From Thecamonas trahens ATCC 50062 (Eukaryota; Protista; Apusomonadida), in NCBI RefSeq assembly GCF_000142905.1, contig NW_013657652.1, forward strand, positions 62,001-126,000: DNA of 64,000 bases. Reading direction: 5' to 3'. Position numbers and translations under genes: made by a program. Within the stretch, counting starts at the first letter, position 1. Every line of letters starts with the position of its first letter. Below are positions 39,701 through 49,599 of the stretch, piece by piece. The notes beneath the pieces are model-generated. The model had not been told where the DNA came from. It did no database searches and worked only from the letters and a program-made list of their open reading frames with translations.

Positions 39701-41474
39701 CTGGTGAGACTCGGAGGAGGTTGATGCACGAAATCGGCACCTCGCCGTAGCGCGAGAGTAGCCGAGTAAAGTACTTGTCAACGGACTTGTACGGCTCGTC
39801 GCCGATGATCATCGCCGCCTGCCCAATCGCCACCGACGACTTGAGCTCGTTGGAAAACCGAACAGGCACCGTGCCGCGCCGCCAGCAAAACGAATAGAAC
39901 TCAAAGTCGGGTGCAGCAACAGTCGAGCCGCTCGCCCCGTCTTCGGCACCCTCCTTCTCCTTTCCCCCGCCCTCGCCCTCACCCTCGCTGATGTCAGCCC
40001 GCCACCACATGATCAGCTCGCACTCCATCTCGTTGCCCGGCTCGCCGAGGTCGTTCAGCCCACGCGCGTTGTAGCGGGTACCCGGATTGAGGCACGACTT
40101 TTTGGTGATGAGGCCGAGCGAGACGCGCCGGCCCTGAGGAGCAGCCTCGCCGCGCAGGACCAGGGTCTTGGACTTGGCCGCGCCCTGGATGAGCGAGACG
40201 CAAAAGCCGCGGAGGCCGAGCGTGGCAAACGGCTCGGCTAGCCACGAGTTGTAGGTGAACGCTGGATGTGGCGAATCAACCGGTTCCACCGACGGAAACG
40301 GGCGCGTCAGGTCGAGCGACTCGCAGAAGCAGTGAAGCGAGTCGAGCGGATAGCCCATGAGCGCCGCCATGGCCTTGGCCTCGGCCTTGGAACACGGCGC
40401 GGGGTGCTCCAGTGGGATCTCGATCCACCGCGACGCCGCAATGGTGTACACCGTGTGATTGTCGAACAAAAGCATCGACGGCGTCGCCTCGGTCACCACC
40501 AGCAGATACCCGGTCGAGCCGAGGACAATGTACCCGACAATGGCCACTGCGTCGACCTGCGCACTTTCCACGAGCTCATACCCACGCCCGGTCAGCATCG
40601 CCAGTGCTTCTGCCGACGACGTAAACGTGTCCACGCCTCGCCTGCCCTCAAACGACAGCCTCCCGGTGTGCTTGTCGATGGCGATCACGTGCGTGTCCTT
40701 GCGCGACGCCAGCGACGACACGATGAACTGCTCCCAGACCAGCGACCAGCCGCGGACAGAGGGAAGACCAGCGACCGTACCACGCCCATCCCAGCAGCAT
40801 GCAGAGCCCCCCACGCGCCGCCACCGCCCCGCGCGCGCGCCCGTCAGCCCATGCGATGAGTGCAGTCTGTGTGAGTCAAACTGTCGTCCTTCCTCTTCCC
40901 CCCCCCCAGTTTCAGAAANNNNNNNNNNNNNNNNNNNNNNNNNNNNNNNNNNNNNNNNNNNNNNNNNNNNNNNNNNNNNNNNNNNNNNNNNNNNNNNNNN
41001 NNNNNNNNNNNNNNNNNNNNNNNNNNNNNNNNNNNNNNNNNNNNNNNNNNNNNNNNNNNNNNNNNNNNNNNNNNNNNNNNNNNNNNNNNNNNNNNNNNNN
41101 NNNNNNNNNNNNNNNNNNNNNNNNNNNNNNNNNNNNNNNNNNNNNNNNNNNNNNNNNNNNNNNNNNNNNNNNNNNNNNNNNNNNNNNNNNNNNNNNNNNN
41201 NNNNNNNNNNNNNNNNNNNNNNNNNNNNNNNNNNNNNNNNNNNNNNNNNNNNNNNNNNNNNNNNNNNNNNNNNNNNNNNNNNNNNNNNNNNNNNNNNNNN
41301 NNNNNNNNNNNNNNNNNNGCCCACACACACACACACTCCACCACACACCCTCCACCACACCCTCCCCCCCCCCACCCACACACACAACACTGACCAACGA
41401 ACCCTTTCTCCGGTGGTAGCCGTCACCACATGGTGGCTCGACTGCCGGTGCTGTGGCTCCCCCGGAGCAGACAT
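36732..41474 (-). CDS. SAC9: SAC9-like phosphoinositide phosphatase (SAC domain + Cys-rich FYVE-like finger); one intron (~40730-41402) containing the assembly gap
   Basis: Catalytic RWNCADSLDRTN (plant SAC9-type R(F/W)NCADSLDRTN), NPGTRYNARGLN…GNEMECE, WRRGTVP, SIQRRFQN; C-x4-C…CGHC…FCQDC…CMRC finger; short first exon ending at a GTTCGT donor. Confidence 0.85.
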   Translation of the reverse strand: MSAPGEPQHRQSSHHVVTATTGERVRWSVLCVWVGGGRVWWRVCGGVCVCVGXXXXXXXXXXXXXXXXXXXXXXXXXXXXXXXXXXXXXXXXXXXXXXXXXXXXXXXXXXXXXXXXXXXXXXXXXXXXXXXXXXXXXXXXXXXXXXXXXXXXXXXXXXXXXXXXXXXXXXXXXXXXXXXXXXXXXXSETGGGEEEGRQFDSHRLHSSHGLTGARAGRWRRVGGSACCWDGRGTVAGLPSVRGWSLVWEQFIVSSLASRKDTHVIAIDKHTGRLSFEGRRGVDTFTSSAEALAMLTGRGYELVESAQVDAVAIVGYIVLGSTGYLLVVTEATPSMLLFDNHTVYTIAASRWIEIPLEHPAPCSKAEAKAMAALMGYPLDSLHCFCESLDLTRPFPSVEPVDSPHPAFTYNSWLAEPFATLGLRGFCVSLIQGAAKSKTLVLRGEAAPQGRRVSLGLITKKSCLNPGTRYNARGLNDLGEPGNEMECELIMWWRADISEGEGEGGGKEKEGAEDGASGSTVAAPDFEFYSFCWRRGTVPVRFSNELKSSVAIGQAAMIIGDEPYKSVDKYFTRLLSRYGEVPISCINLLRVSPDSSETLLSEHFQTAVRSLRESMAMELSLINFDWHGIFKMLGPDETIGALWQQLSVPLGSMEVATGAIELVDNPRSPFSSFTYRLESEQGALLRWNCADSLDRTNVASFFASFQIVGEMLRRLGLGLAVPAQAAAALASDGRDNKWPLLRASLADLTSWMEPSVLAALAEMFVAHGDVCSTLYTNSPAAHSSMIRNYSPNVNAAPNNTLISIQRRFQNVVHDSQRHTLFTMWLGLDKARHFPSLVARAGQLPRAVWMSGPPASFLVKPLFSLTTGIGAASADDLLQHSDAVWECIEGSEVAELYIFLRRPCYVSELSVTLVQTAGTVAPVLVDVWAGEHVDSCRILYQALALPAVKSGTRLTFRIGAASVEERAGLLYDYKGAEPGVRAPERFVHVSFRAPPGHKPMSLGAVAVFGTSLESTDALAASAELASVGLASRVLELTRELGGSKSRRRRRRATKSPPPADADTDAAKASTGSPDAGTNSDAIEADADEPGASEAAEAAPGTGSAADVEQYRQAAAQLVASKTKMTLLAALQLDLLRLQLGLSPSQRDVALLALGLRLEFFDPNRFVNKVDVDLVKQLAKSSKYASVICSNSECTNMLSASGKSCGHCLRRFCQDCLDPERHVIVKHVTSVKEVVCMRCGSVLRDQLGVLAQVDELARAQALAHSEAARAHRSLLLTAARASTPNLAPYHEQGTLSSLAQYPAAALLASVPTAAESHPAEVLLFSPHPSLDGLAWRGPDGAKALDLMIVLSSAAMVHSVTIVADGAGYGGESGRPGIHVELAAGATIVDRAICGAFDVTELAPRASHRYELDAPTAPVRILTLTLSLADGEAVGNYLSAGRVVVEGLPVPTPVVSPSPLPYAPAPAPSPALCKILWTKTRNARRTLDFGVEPFTLSGVVLTVRHSDDGPASQVRQVRIVACGVDAKKRICSQIRVGIFVVPMAQVDTVLAFDFEKPVTKANIVTVELLASYGAGPAEPPKVSFY
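40919..41318. other. Assembly gap (400 N)
   Basis: Run of N. Confidence 1.
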
Positions 41475-41630
41475 GCTTCTCCCCCTTCCGCCCCGCGTTG
41501 CGTGTTGCCTCGTGAGTCGGCTCGCTCTGCCAAGATTGGTTCCACCAACAATAACCCATATCGTTCATTTTATGGTTCCTGGCAAAACGCTGCCGCAGCT
41601 GTCCACACTTGTCATTCGCTGGTGCAAAAC

Positions 41631-43276
41631 ATGGGCAACCTACACTCTGCGCAGTACGCAGCGACGGGTATCGATCCTCGCGCTATCCGTGGTGATTCTG
41701 CTGATGACTCTTCCTCTACTTCCTCTTCCTCTTCCTCCTCCTCCTCTTCCTCCTCTTCTCGGCGCTCCTCGGTCTCGGACTCTTCGGCTTCGGACTCCTC
41801 CGACGACCACCCGGTGATCAACACCCCAACACCCACCGACCACCGCCTCAACAAGTCAGAGTCACTTGCTGTCGGTCGCTCAAACTCCCCGGGCAACAAG
41901 CGCCTTCAGGTTGTACGTACCTCTATGCCCCCCCTCCCCCCCTCCCCCCTCTCCCTCTCCCTCCCTCCCTCCTCCCCCTCTCCCCCCCAACCCCCTCCCC
42001 CCCTTCTTCCCATTTTGATCACACTCCGCCTGCTGCTGCCTTCTCCCCCTCCCCCCAACCCCATGCCCACCCTCGCGCAGCTGCTCTGTCGGGATGGGAG
42101 ATTGGGGAAAGGGGAAGAGACTGTTCATGGCTGTGGTACGGATGAAGGTGTGGGTGGGTGACTCACGGCGGTTGGGCGGTTGCGGGCGAAAACGGTATGG
42201 TGCGGGCATTGGTCGACTTGGCTGTTATCGGCGGCGGTGTGGACGGCTGCTGTGGCTGGTGATGGTGGGCGTGATGTGGTTTGCGGGGGGGCGTGTGGGG
42301 GGGGACGTTGTGTATGTGGTTTGGTGAGCAGATGAAGAACGGATATCATGGCGGACGCAGGACGTCGGTCTCCGCGGAATCGATGACGCCGTCGACGGTG
42401 CCGCAGAAAAAGATTTTCCATCCCAAGTCTGCGCAGGCGCGGCGGCGGATTGCTGTGGCTGTGGCGGACAACCTCCTGTTCCGCAACCTCGATGAGGAGC
42501 AGAAGGAGGAGGTCTTTGACGCCATGTTTGAGAAGTTTGTGGAGCCGGGAGTCTCGATCATCACCCAGGGCGACGACGGCGACTACTTTTACGTGGTTGA
42601 CTCTGGCGAGTTTGACATCTTTGTTCAAAAGGGAAGTGCACCGCCGGCCAAGGTGGTGACTGTCGGTGCCGGCGGCTCATTTGGTGAGCTTGCCCTGATG
42701 TACAACGCGCCGCGGGCGGCGACGTGCACGGCGACGCAGCGGTCGTCGGTCTGGGCCCTCGATCGGGTCACCTTCCGTCGCATGATCATGGACAACACCT
42801 CATCCAAGCGCAAGATGTACGAACGCTTCCTCCGGGAGGTCCCGGTCCTTGCAGACCTCTCCGACTCGGAAATTGCCAAGATCGCCGACGTGGTCGACCC
42901 GCTGCCGTTCAAGGACGGCGAGGTCATCATTCGCCAGGGTGATGCTGGTGACAAGTTTTACATTCTTGCCGAGGGCGCCGCATCGGTCAAGCAGAAGAAG
43001 GGCGACGCTGCCGAGCTCGAGCTCTGCCGTCTGCACAAGGGCAACTACTTTGGCGAGATCGCCCTGCTCACCGACCGCCCGCGCGCCGCCACCGTCGCCG
43101 CCTTTGGTGATTGCAAGGTCGTCTGCATCGACCGCCCGGCCTTTACCCGCCTCTTTGGTCCTGTTCAGGACATTCTTCGCCGCAACATCGGCAACTACAA
43201 GACCTACGAGTATATCCTCGCTTACGGCTCGTCCGACGACGCCGCCGCCTCTTCAGACGCCGCGCCCTCGTCCTGA
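41631..43276 (+). CDS. PKAR: cAMP-dependent protein kinase regulatory subunit, 408 aa; exon 1 41631-41912, exon 2 42332-43276
   Basis: Inhibitory site RRTSVSAES; two CNB domains with phosphate-binding cassettes FGELALMYNAPRAAT and FGEIALLTDRPRAAT; phase-0 intron GTACGT…GAGCAG. Confidence 0.93.
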
Positions 43277-43848
43277 CCTGCGGCCTCCCATGGTTGTCAC
43301 GTACTGCCCATGTTCCCCCTCGTCGTCGCCGTCTGCCTCTGCGCCTCTCAACTTGGGTAAACCCTCTGCTACCACACTCCCGCCCACCGAGACCAATCTC
43401 GCCAAGTGCCGCGTGGCGCAGGTCTCTGCGCCAGCCGGCAACACCCCTCTCCACACCCTTTCCCCGTTGGCCCCACAATCACCTGCGGCATGTCTTCTGC
43501 GCCCTCACCCATCATCCCGGCCAATGTCGACCTCTCTGAGCGACTCTCGACTGAAAACAAGACCCACACCAAGCAGTAGGTTGCTGCCTTGACCGTTTTG
43601 CCAGGCGTCGAGAGCGGGAGGTGCGGTCGAGCCGGGCGGCCATCAGGAGTTGTGGGAGTGCCACGTGGAGAGCGGGATGACAGACCACGTTTTTTTTTCC
43701 TTTGAACACTTTTTGAGACACTTTTGACCTGCAGGAGACTCACACCCGCAACAACCACGGCACTTTGCCCTGAACAAACGCTGGATAGAAACGCGCGGCC
43801 GACACTGCTTTCGGCGTTTCCGTTCCCAGTGCGGATGGTGATGAAGTC

Positions 43849-44808
43849 ATGCGAGCGTTTACTGGCTCGGGCGCCGCGCCCGGCCAGGTCCGACTCACCT
43901 CGATCGGCTTCTCACACTATGTGGAAAAGGTGAGGTGGGCTCTCGACGTGGCCGGCATCGACTATGTGGAGGATCCACACGCGCCGGGCATGCACGTCCC
44001 GTTCGCCGACGCGGTGACGTCAGGGCGGTCGTCAATGACCCCGATCGTTTCCTGGCCGGACGGCCACTACACTCACGACTCGACGGCGGTCCTGCTCGAG
44101 CTCGACGACGTGTACGGGCTTGGGTGGTACGATCCGGACCAGACCGGCGATGCCGCTGTCACTGACGCCATTGTGCAGCTGGAGGACTACTTTGACGACA
44201 TGCTCGGCGGGCCGTCGCGATCGTTTGTCTACGCCTACCTCCTCGCCGAGACAGAGCTCATGCGCGAGGTCTGCAACAACGTATCGACCGCCGCCGAGCG
44301 CGCCGTCCTTCCGGTCGCCTATAACGGCATCCTTTCCGGCATTCGCCGTAGCTTGCGCATCCATGACGAGGGTGCCCGGCTTGCGCAAGAGCAGATCGGC
44401 CGCGTCTTTGACAACGTTGAGGCTCTTCTTGCCGACGGTCGCTCGTACCTTGCAGGGACGACCAAGCCCTCGGCCGCAGACTTTACCTTTGCTGCCCTCG
44501 CCTACCCGATCCTCTTCCCGTCAGAGCACGAGTCACTGCTCTTTGCGCGCGAGCGCATGCCTGCCGCCGCCAAGCCGATCTTGGACGCCTTTGTTGCCCG
44601 GCCGGCCGGCCAGTTTGCGCTCCGCATGTACGCCGAGCATCGCTTCCCCGACTCGTACCACACCAAGCGCTTCAACGCCGCAGGCGTCCAGCAGATCATC
44701 CACAAGCGCGGCACTTATCCCAACTTTGCCGGCTGGGTGTACGCCACCATTGCGGCCTCGGTCGTTGTTGCCGGCGGCTGGGCCCTCAAGACCTGGCTCA
44801 ACTGGTGA
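43849..44808 (+). CDS. Glutathione S-transferase family protein with C-terminal hydrophobic anchor
   Basis: SHYVEKVRWALD, TPIV…DSTAVL, YLAGTTKPSAADFTFAAL; C-terminal TM WVYATIAASVVVAGGWAL. Confidence 0.85.
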   Translation: MRAFTGSGAAPGQVRLTSIGFSHYVEKVRWALDVAGIDYVEDPHAPGMHVPFADAVTSGRSSMTPIVSWPDGHYTHDSTAVLLELDDVYGLGWYDPDQTGDAAVTDAIVQLEDYFDDMLGGPSRSFVYAYLLAETELMREVCNNVSTAAERAVLPVAYNGILSGIRRSLRIHDEGARLAQEQIGRVFDNVEALLADGRSYLAGTTKPSAADFTFAALAYPILFPSEHESLLFARERMPAAAKPILDAFVARPAGQFALRMYAEHRFPDSYHTKRFNAAGVQQIIHKRGTYPNFAGWVYATIAASVVVAGGWALKTWLNW

Positions 44809-44820
44809 CCCCGATCCGGC

Positions 44821-46194
44821 CTACCCAGTGGCCTCGTCTCCTTGGACGCCCGGAAGAGTAGTCACTCCAGCCTGGCCATCCTCGATCAACACCGTTGCAT
44901 CTTCAGCCCAGTGCTCAACCTCGAGGGCTGCCGGTAAAACTGCCATTGGAATGTGGCCATGGTCGACGACATCGACGCAGCGCTCAGGACGCGGCGCGTC
45001 GCGCGCCACATCCACCACATACCAGCCGCCGCAGGCGCCACTATCGGCCCGCGGTGCATCAGTTCGCCTATTGTAAGCCAGGATTGTCGGCGACCAGAGC
45101 AGCGGTGGCGGATGCGGCGCCGAGGCATTGAATCCAGCAAACGATGCAAGAACCTCGCGGTCCGGAGAAGAGCTCAGCACGGCGGACAGTGCGACCGCCA
45201 GGGAGTTTTTCCCACTGGCAAGCGCGTGAGCAAGGCTAGCGTTGACCGGCACAACCGTGACGCTCTCCGAGAGTTGTGTCGCTGCATCGGGCGGGCACTC
45301 GGCGGCCCGCGGATAAACCGAGAGAACGGCGTCTGGGTGACCGGCAACCAGGCTTCCGAGCGCAGCGCCGAGCACCACATCCGGCGCCATCCAGCCCCAG
45401 TGGCTCACCCCGTGCTCGACAAGCCAACTCTCGAGTGCCGCCCCAATCCACGGCCCCGCCTTGGGCACATCGTCGCTTGCGGTAGTGCCGGTCGAGCCCA
45501 GCAGCGCTGCATACTCGGCCGGGGTGTGCCGCATGATGTGCAGCGATTGTGGGAGCTCGCGAACCTCGGCGTCTGCCGACGGACACGGCGGCAGGTCCGA
45601 AGACGGGCCAGCGAGAAGTACAAACTGAATGTCTGCAACCGGCGCCGCACCGCCCCACGCCGCGTCGAGCGCTGCGCACCACAGCGTCGTCCACCGCGGC
45701 CAGCCGGCAGAGGTTGGATGCGTGACGAAGAGCCGCACCACCACACCGTCTGCACCACCGTTGCCGCTATCAGTAGACGACGATGGCACCTTGCCTGATC
45801 CTCCCACATCCCCACCATTCTCTGGTGGGCGAGCATGGCCCTGATCGCCCGACAGGCCGTCGCCACGATGACCGCCGTCGCCGCCGCCGCCACCGCCACC
45901 GCCACCCGAGCTGATCCCAGTCACAGGACCGCCACCGCCGCCACCACCATCACCAGATCCCGAACTAAAATCCTCGCCCGTACCTCCCACCATGTCTCCC
46001 TCATCTGTTGTGGTTGCGGTGGTTGTCAGCGGTCCCGAGGTGTACCTCATCATCGGCCGTGTGTGCGGCGGCGGGTTGCCCGAGTGGACGACATACAACA
46101 TGAGCAGAGTGAGGCAGAAGAGACCGAACCACATCAGCAGCCGCACCACAAAGCCATGTAGTGCATGGCGACTCACCCGAATATCTCGAAGCAT
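44821..46194 (-). CDS. Type II membrane protein, possible glycosyltransferase-like (DUF6625-like); start uncertain
   Basis: N-terminal TM (LLMWFGLFCLTLLMLYVV), Gly-rich stem, SHWGWMAPDVVLG resembling the WG(Y/W)xDxDxxxG motif. Confidence 0.5.
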   Translation of the reverse strand: MLRDIRVSRHALHGFVVRLLMWFGLFCLTLLMLYVVHSGNPPPHTRPMMRYTSGPLTTTATTTDEGDMVGGTGEDFSSGSGDGGGGGGGPVTGISSGGGGGGGGGDGGHRGDGLSGDQGHARPPENGGDVGGSGKVPSSSTDSGNGGADGVVVRLFVTHPTSAGWPRWTTLWCAALDAAWGGAAPVADIQFVLLAGPSSDLPPCPSADAEVRELPQSLHIMRHTPAEYAALLGSTGTTASDDVPKAGPWIGAALESWLVEHGVSHWGWMAPDVVLGAALGSLVAGHPDAVLSVYPRAAECPPDAATQLSESVTVVPVNASLAHALASGKNSLAVALSAVLSSSPDREVLASFAGFNASAPHPPPLLWSPTILAYNRRTDAPRADSGACGGWYVVDVARDAPRPERCVDVVDHGHIPMAVLPAALEVEHWAEDATVLIEDGQAGVTTLPGVQGDEATG

Positions 46195-46725
46195 TGATGT
46201 TGGTTGGCTCAAGTCAAGTCTTGCCCGTGGCCAGCCGCTTCGCCACCTCCTCCTGCTCCTGCCCGTGCCTGCTGCCAGGTAGAGGCACTGGATGTGGGCG
46301 CGGACCCTGATCGGACAAGGCCCCTTCCACACACACACACACACACACGCACGCATATGTATATATACATATATACACACACACACACACATGCACATGC
46401 GGGTGCGCAGAGTCACACCGATCGCCATGGTCATAATTACTGGGTGTGATCGCCTTGATCGTGGTCGAGCAAGCAGGGGCCCTGCACTGATCAGCCTCAT
46501 CACCTCGAAACTGAACCCCATCACACTCCAAATACCACCACATGGACGTACAGTCGGCGGTAGTGTGTAGCCGCATGATCAGCCGAGATGCACACACAGG
46601 GTATGCCGCCCACGGTCGAGCGACCAAAGTTGGGCAATGATACGGTGCAACCACCTCACAACCTCCCTGTCCCCACACACACACAGACACACGACACAGC
46701 CCACACACACACACACACAAAGGAC

Positions 46726-48292
46726 ATGGTCAGATGCCGAAGAACCTCGCCGTATGTTCTTCTTGTCGTGGCGGCGTTTGTGGCGGGGGCGGTCTTCCAA
46801 ATGACCTTGTTTCGTCTGTGGGACAGGCCACACACCACCACGTTGAGCACTCTTGCACGCCAGCCTGCTGTCAACCCGGCTCGCCCGCCTCCTCCTCTCC
46901 ATGTGCCGACCACATCTCCGCATGTCACACACACTCCGGCCCCGTCTACCAGAGATCAGCTACCGCCGCCGCCGCCGCCGCTGCCGTCTTCGACTCCATC
47001 GCCGTCTTCGACTCCATCGCCGTCTGTCGACAACGCCCCGAGCGGACCATCAAGGTACTGGTCGGCCCGTACGACGAGCCGCCGTTCAGCGCCAGGACGC
47101 AGGAGCGGTACAAAGTCAAAGCCAAGACAGCCAAGGTCGGTGATGTCGTCGAGATTGTGGTCGAGAGCCCGCCGTTCTCGCGTGATCCGAACGAGGCCAT
47201 GAACGCCGACAACAAAAAGTACACCTCTGGCGACTGCTACTGGATGGACGGCCGCATCCACGGCCTCAATCTCGAGCCGCTCTGCACCCAGGCGCCGCGG
47301 CCTCTGGTCGTGCCCAAGGTCGAGGCATGGAGCAAAGACCACGCTCCGAGGTGGTTTCCCAGCGACGACGTCTTTGCCACGGGTGGCGGCGTCAATGCAA
47401 AGTCCATCGACGCCGACGACTATGCCGAGTCGATGCGGATCATGCGCAAGCTACGCGACGCCGGGCCGGCCGAGGCGCTGGCGCTGTTTGAGCGCGCCTC
47501 GATCCGCGATCTCGGCCGCGCGCTCGGCCGCCGCGCCATGGTCCGGCACGGCGACTCGATTGCCTCGTTCCTCTCATCGTTTATGACGTGCCAGGGCGCC
47601 ACCAGCGGCGACTTGTTGCCGTTCAACGCCAAGCTGCCACCGCGGCTGCAGTCCGACGACCCGGACGTCACCAACTTTGGTTACTTCCTGGTCTTTCCCG
47701 AGTTTGGCGGATTCAGCTTGCACCGCTCGTTCAACAAGGTCAACATGCGCGATCTGCGCGACACCATGGCTCGTGCCCACGTCATCGACTTTAACTTTGG
47801 CCTCCACTACCACGACATGGACGAGTATCGCCGCGACATGCGCGAGCTCCTCACCGAGATGCTGCCTTGGGCGCGCCAACAAGGCCACGTTGCCATCTTC
47901 CGCGAGACTTCGGCCCAGCACTTTTTCACCGCCTCGGGCATCGGTGAGTTTGAGGCCCAGGGCCACGACAAGTCGACCTCGTGCTTCCCGCTGGATCCTG
48001 CCGTAGTCAACGGCAGGCGCAACGCGGTCGTCCACGAGCTGCTCGACGAGCTCGATCCGGACCGCTCGGCCATCTTTGTCCTTCCTACTTCAATCTCACA
48101 CGCTACTTCTACAACGAGCACATCGGCATGAAGGATGGCACACCGGGGCCTGACTGCACCCACATGTGCTACTCGTCTCTCCACGTCGACCAATACGTCG
48201 CCGCCCTCACTTCCATCATCTCGCGCAAGAACGCCATCGACGCCGCTGCCGACCCCTCCTTTGATCCCTCTGACATCGATCCTCTGGCATAG
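46726..48292 (+). CDS. Type II membrane SGNH/PC-esterase (TBL/Cas1p-like) acyltransferase or esterase; two apparent frameshifts (~47036-47039, ~48084-48085)
   Basis: TM YVLLVVAAFVAGAVF in the 46588 frame; GDS, NFGLH and FRETSAQHF in the 46734 frame; DCTHMC in the 47981 frame. One added C at each site joins the three frames. Confidence 0.78.
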
Positions 48293-48400
48293 CAGACCAA
48301 GTGAATATCATGTCAAGCGGGCCAACCGTGTGTGTCAGCCGACCAATTGAAGCAAAACGGAGAGTGGTCAGGGCAAGCGACTCAACTTGCGGCGCCGACC

Positions 48401-48637
48401 ATGGAGGTCTACGACGAGATCGAGGTGGAGGACATGGAGTACGACGAGGAGAAGGAGACGTACTACTACCCCTGCCCATGTGGCGACAAGTTCCAGATCA
48501 CACGCACACAGCTGATGGAGGGCGAGGAGATTGCCACCTGCCCGTCATGCTCGCTGGTCATCATGGTGGTGTACGACCCGGACGACTTTGACGACGACGA
48601 CGACGACTCTAGCTCTTCCGGCTCGTCCTCCGAGTAG
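48401..48637 (+). CDS. DPH3: Diphthamide biosynthesis protein 3 / KTI11 (CSL zinc finger)
   Basis: YDEIEVEDM…[11 protein letters not shown]…[15 protein letters not shown]. Confidence 0.96.
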   Translation: MEVYDEIEVEDMEYDEEKETYYYPCPCGDKFQITRTQLMEGEEIATCPSCSLVIMVVYDPDDFDDDDDDSSSSGSSSE

Positions 48638-48840
48638 CTTACCCCCTTCCTTACTTGCCTAGGTAGCTTTCTGTCGCCTGCTCTGCCCCCGCGCCCGCCG
48701 CCTTGCCCTTTGCTTGGCCTTGGAACATGCCGCCGCAAGCCCTTTTCCGGATCGTGGCGATGATCGCCGGCGTCGGCAGTTGCACGCTCTTGGGGGTAGG
48801 TCTCCGAGGCTCAGCCGGGCAACCTCTCTTCTGAGCTTCA

Positions 48841-49293
48841 ATGGACGACGTTGCAGGGATGGGCTTTGCGCTTGCCGAGGCGCAGGCCTCGTACGATGCC
48901 GGAGGCGTGCCTGTGGGTGCCGCGCTTGTCGGCCACGACGGCTCTGTCGTCGGCGTCGGTCACAACCGGCGAGTGCAGGACGCCAATCCGCTATCGCACG
49001 GTGAGACGCAGTGCATGATGAACGTGGGTCGCCGGGCGAGCTATGCTGACCTCGTCATGTACACCACTCTTGCACCGTGCATGATGTGTGCCGGCACCAT
49101 TGTCCAGTTTGGCATTCCACGCGTCGTCGTCGGTGAGGCCGCCAACTTTCCCGGCGAGCTTGACTTTCTCCGCGCCCGTGGCGTCAACGTTGTCGTCCTC
49201 GACCACAAGCCATGCATCGAGCTCATGGCCAAGTTTATCGCCGAAAAGCCCGAGCTGTGGAACGAGGACATTGGCGTGGCTCCCGATGCCTAG
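48841..49293 (+). CDS. FCY1: Cytosine deaminase (yeast FCY1-like, zinc-dependent CDA fold)
   Basis: GGVPVGAAL, GHNRRVQ, HGE, TTLAPCMMCAG, C-terminal PELWNEDIG. Confidence 0.88.
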   Translation: MDDVAGMGFALAEAQASYDAGGVPVGAALVGHDGSVVGVGHNRRVQDANPLSHGETQCMMNVGRRASYADLVMYTTLAPCMMCAGTIVQFGIPRVVVGEAANFPGELDFLRARGVNVVVLDHKPCIELMAKFIAEKPELWNEDIGVAPDA

Positions 49294-49528
49294 CCCGTCC
49301 TGCCCGGTCTGTCTGTGCCCATGCATGGCACAGTCGCGCCCATCGATCCGTCGCACCCATCGACTCCCCCATCCCCACCCCCTTCTTGGTGTGGCTCTGT
49401 GTATTGAACACTCTCCACCCCCCCTCCCCCTTCCCCATCCCCCCACCCCCACCCCCCCCAAAAGCAACTCGCCGCCGAATCGAATGGAAGCTCCGACCAC
49501 ACACTTCACACACACACTTCACCCACGA

Positions 49529-49564
<36 letters not shown>

Positions 49565-49599
49565 ACACGCACACACACCACCACCTCTTGCACACACAA

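Noticed and set aside
40459-41817. ORFs running through the N gap
   Set aside because: Artefacts of translating Ns; the region is a CA/GT-rich intron of SAC9.
21599-43276. cAMP pathway cluster (cyclase + PKA-R)
   Set aside because: The genes are 15 kb apart with unrelated genes between, and receptor cyclases are often large families, so proximity is probably chance.
46325-46720. (CA)n/(TA)n tracts translated as Cys-Val or His-Thr repeats (also ~49500-49600 and ~62000-62075)
   Set aside because: These are microsatellites in UTR, intron or intergenic DNA, not protein.
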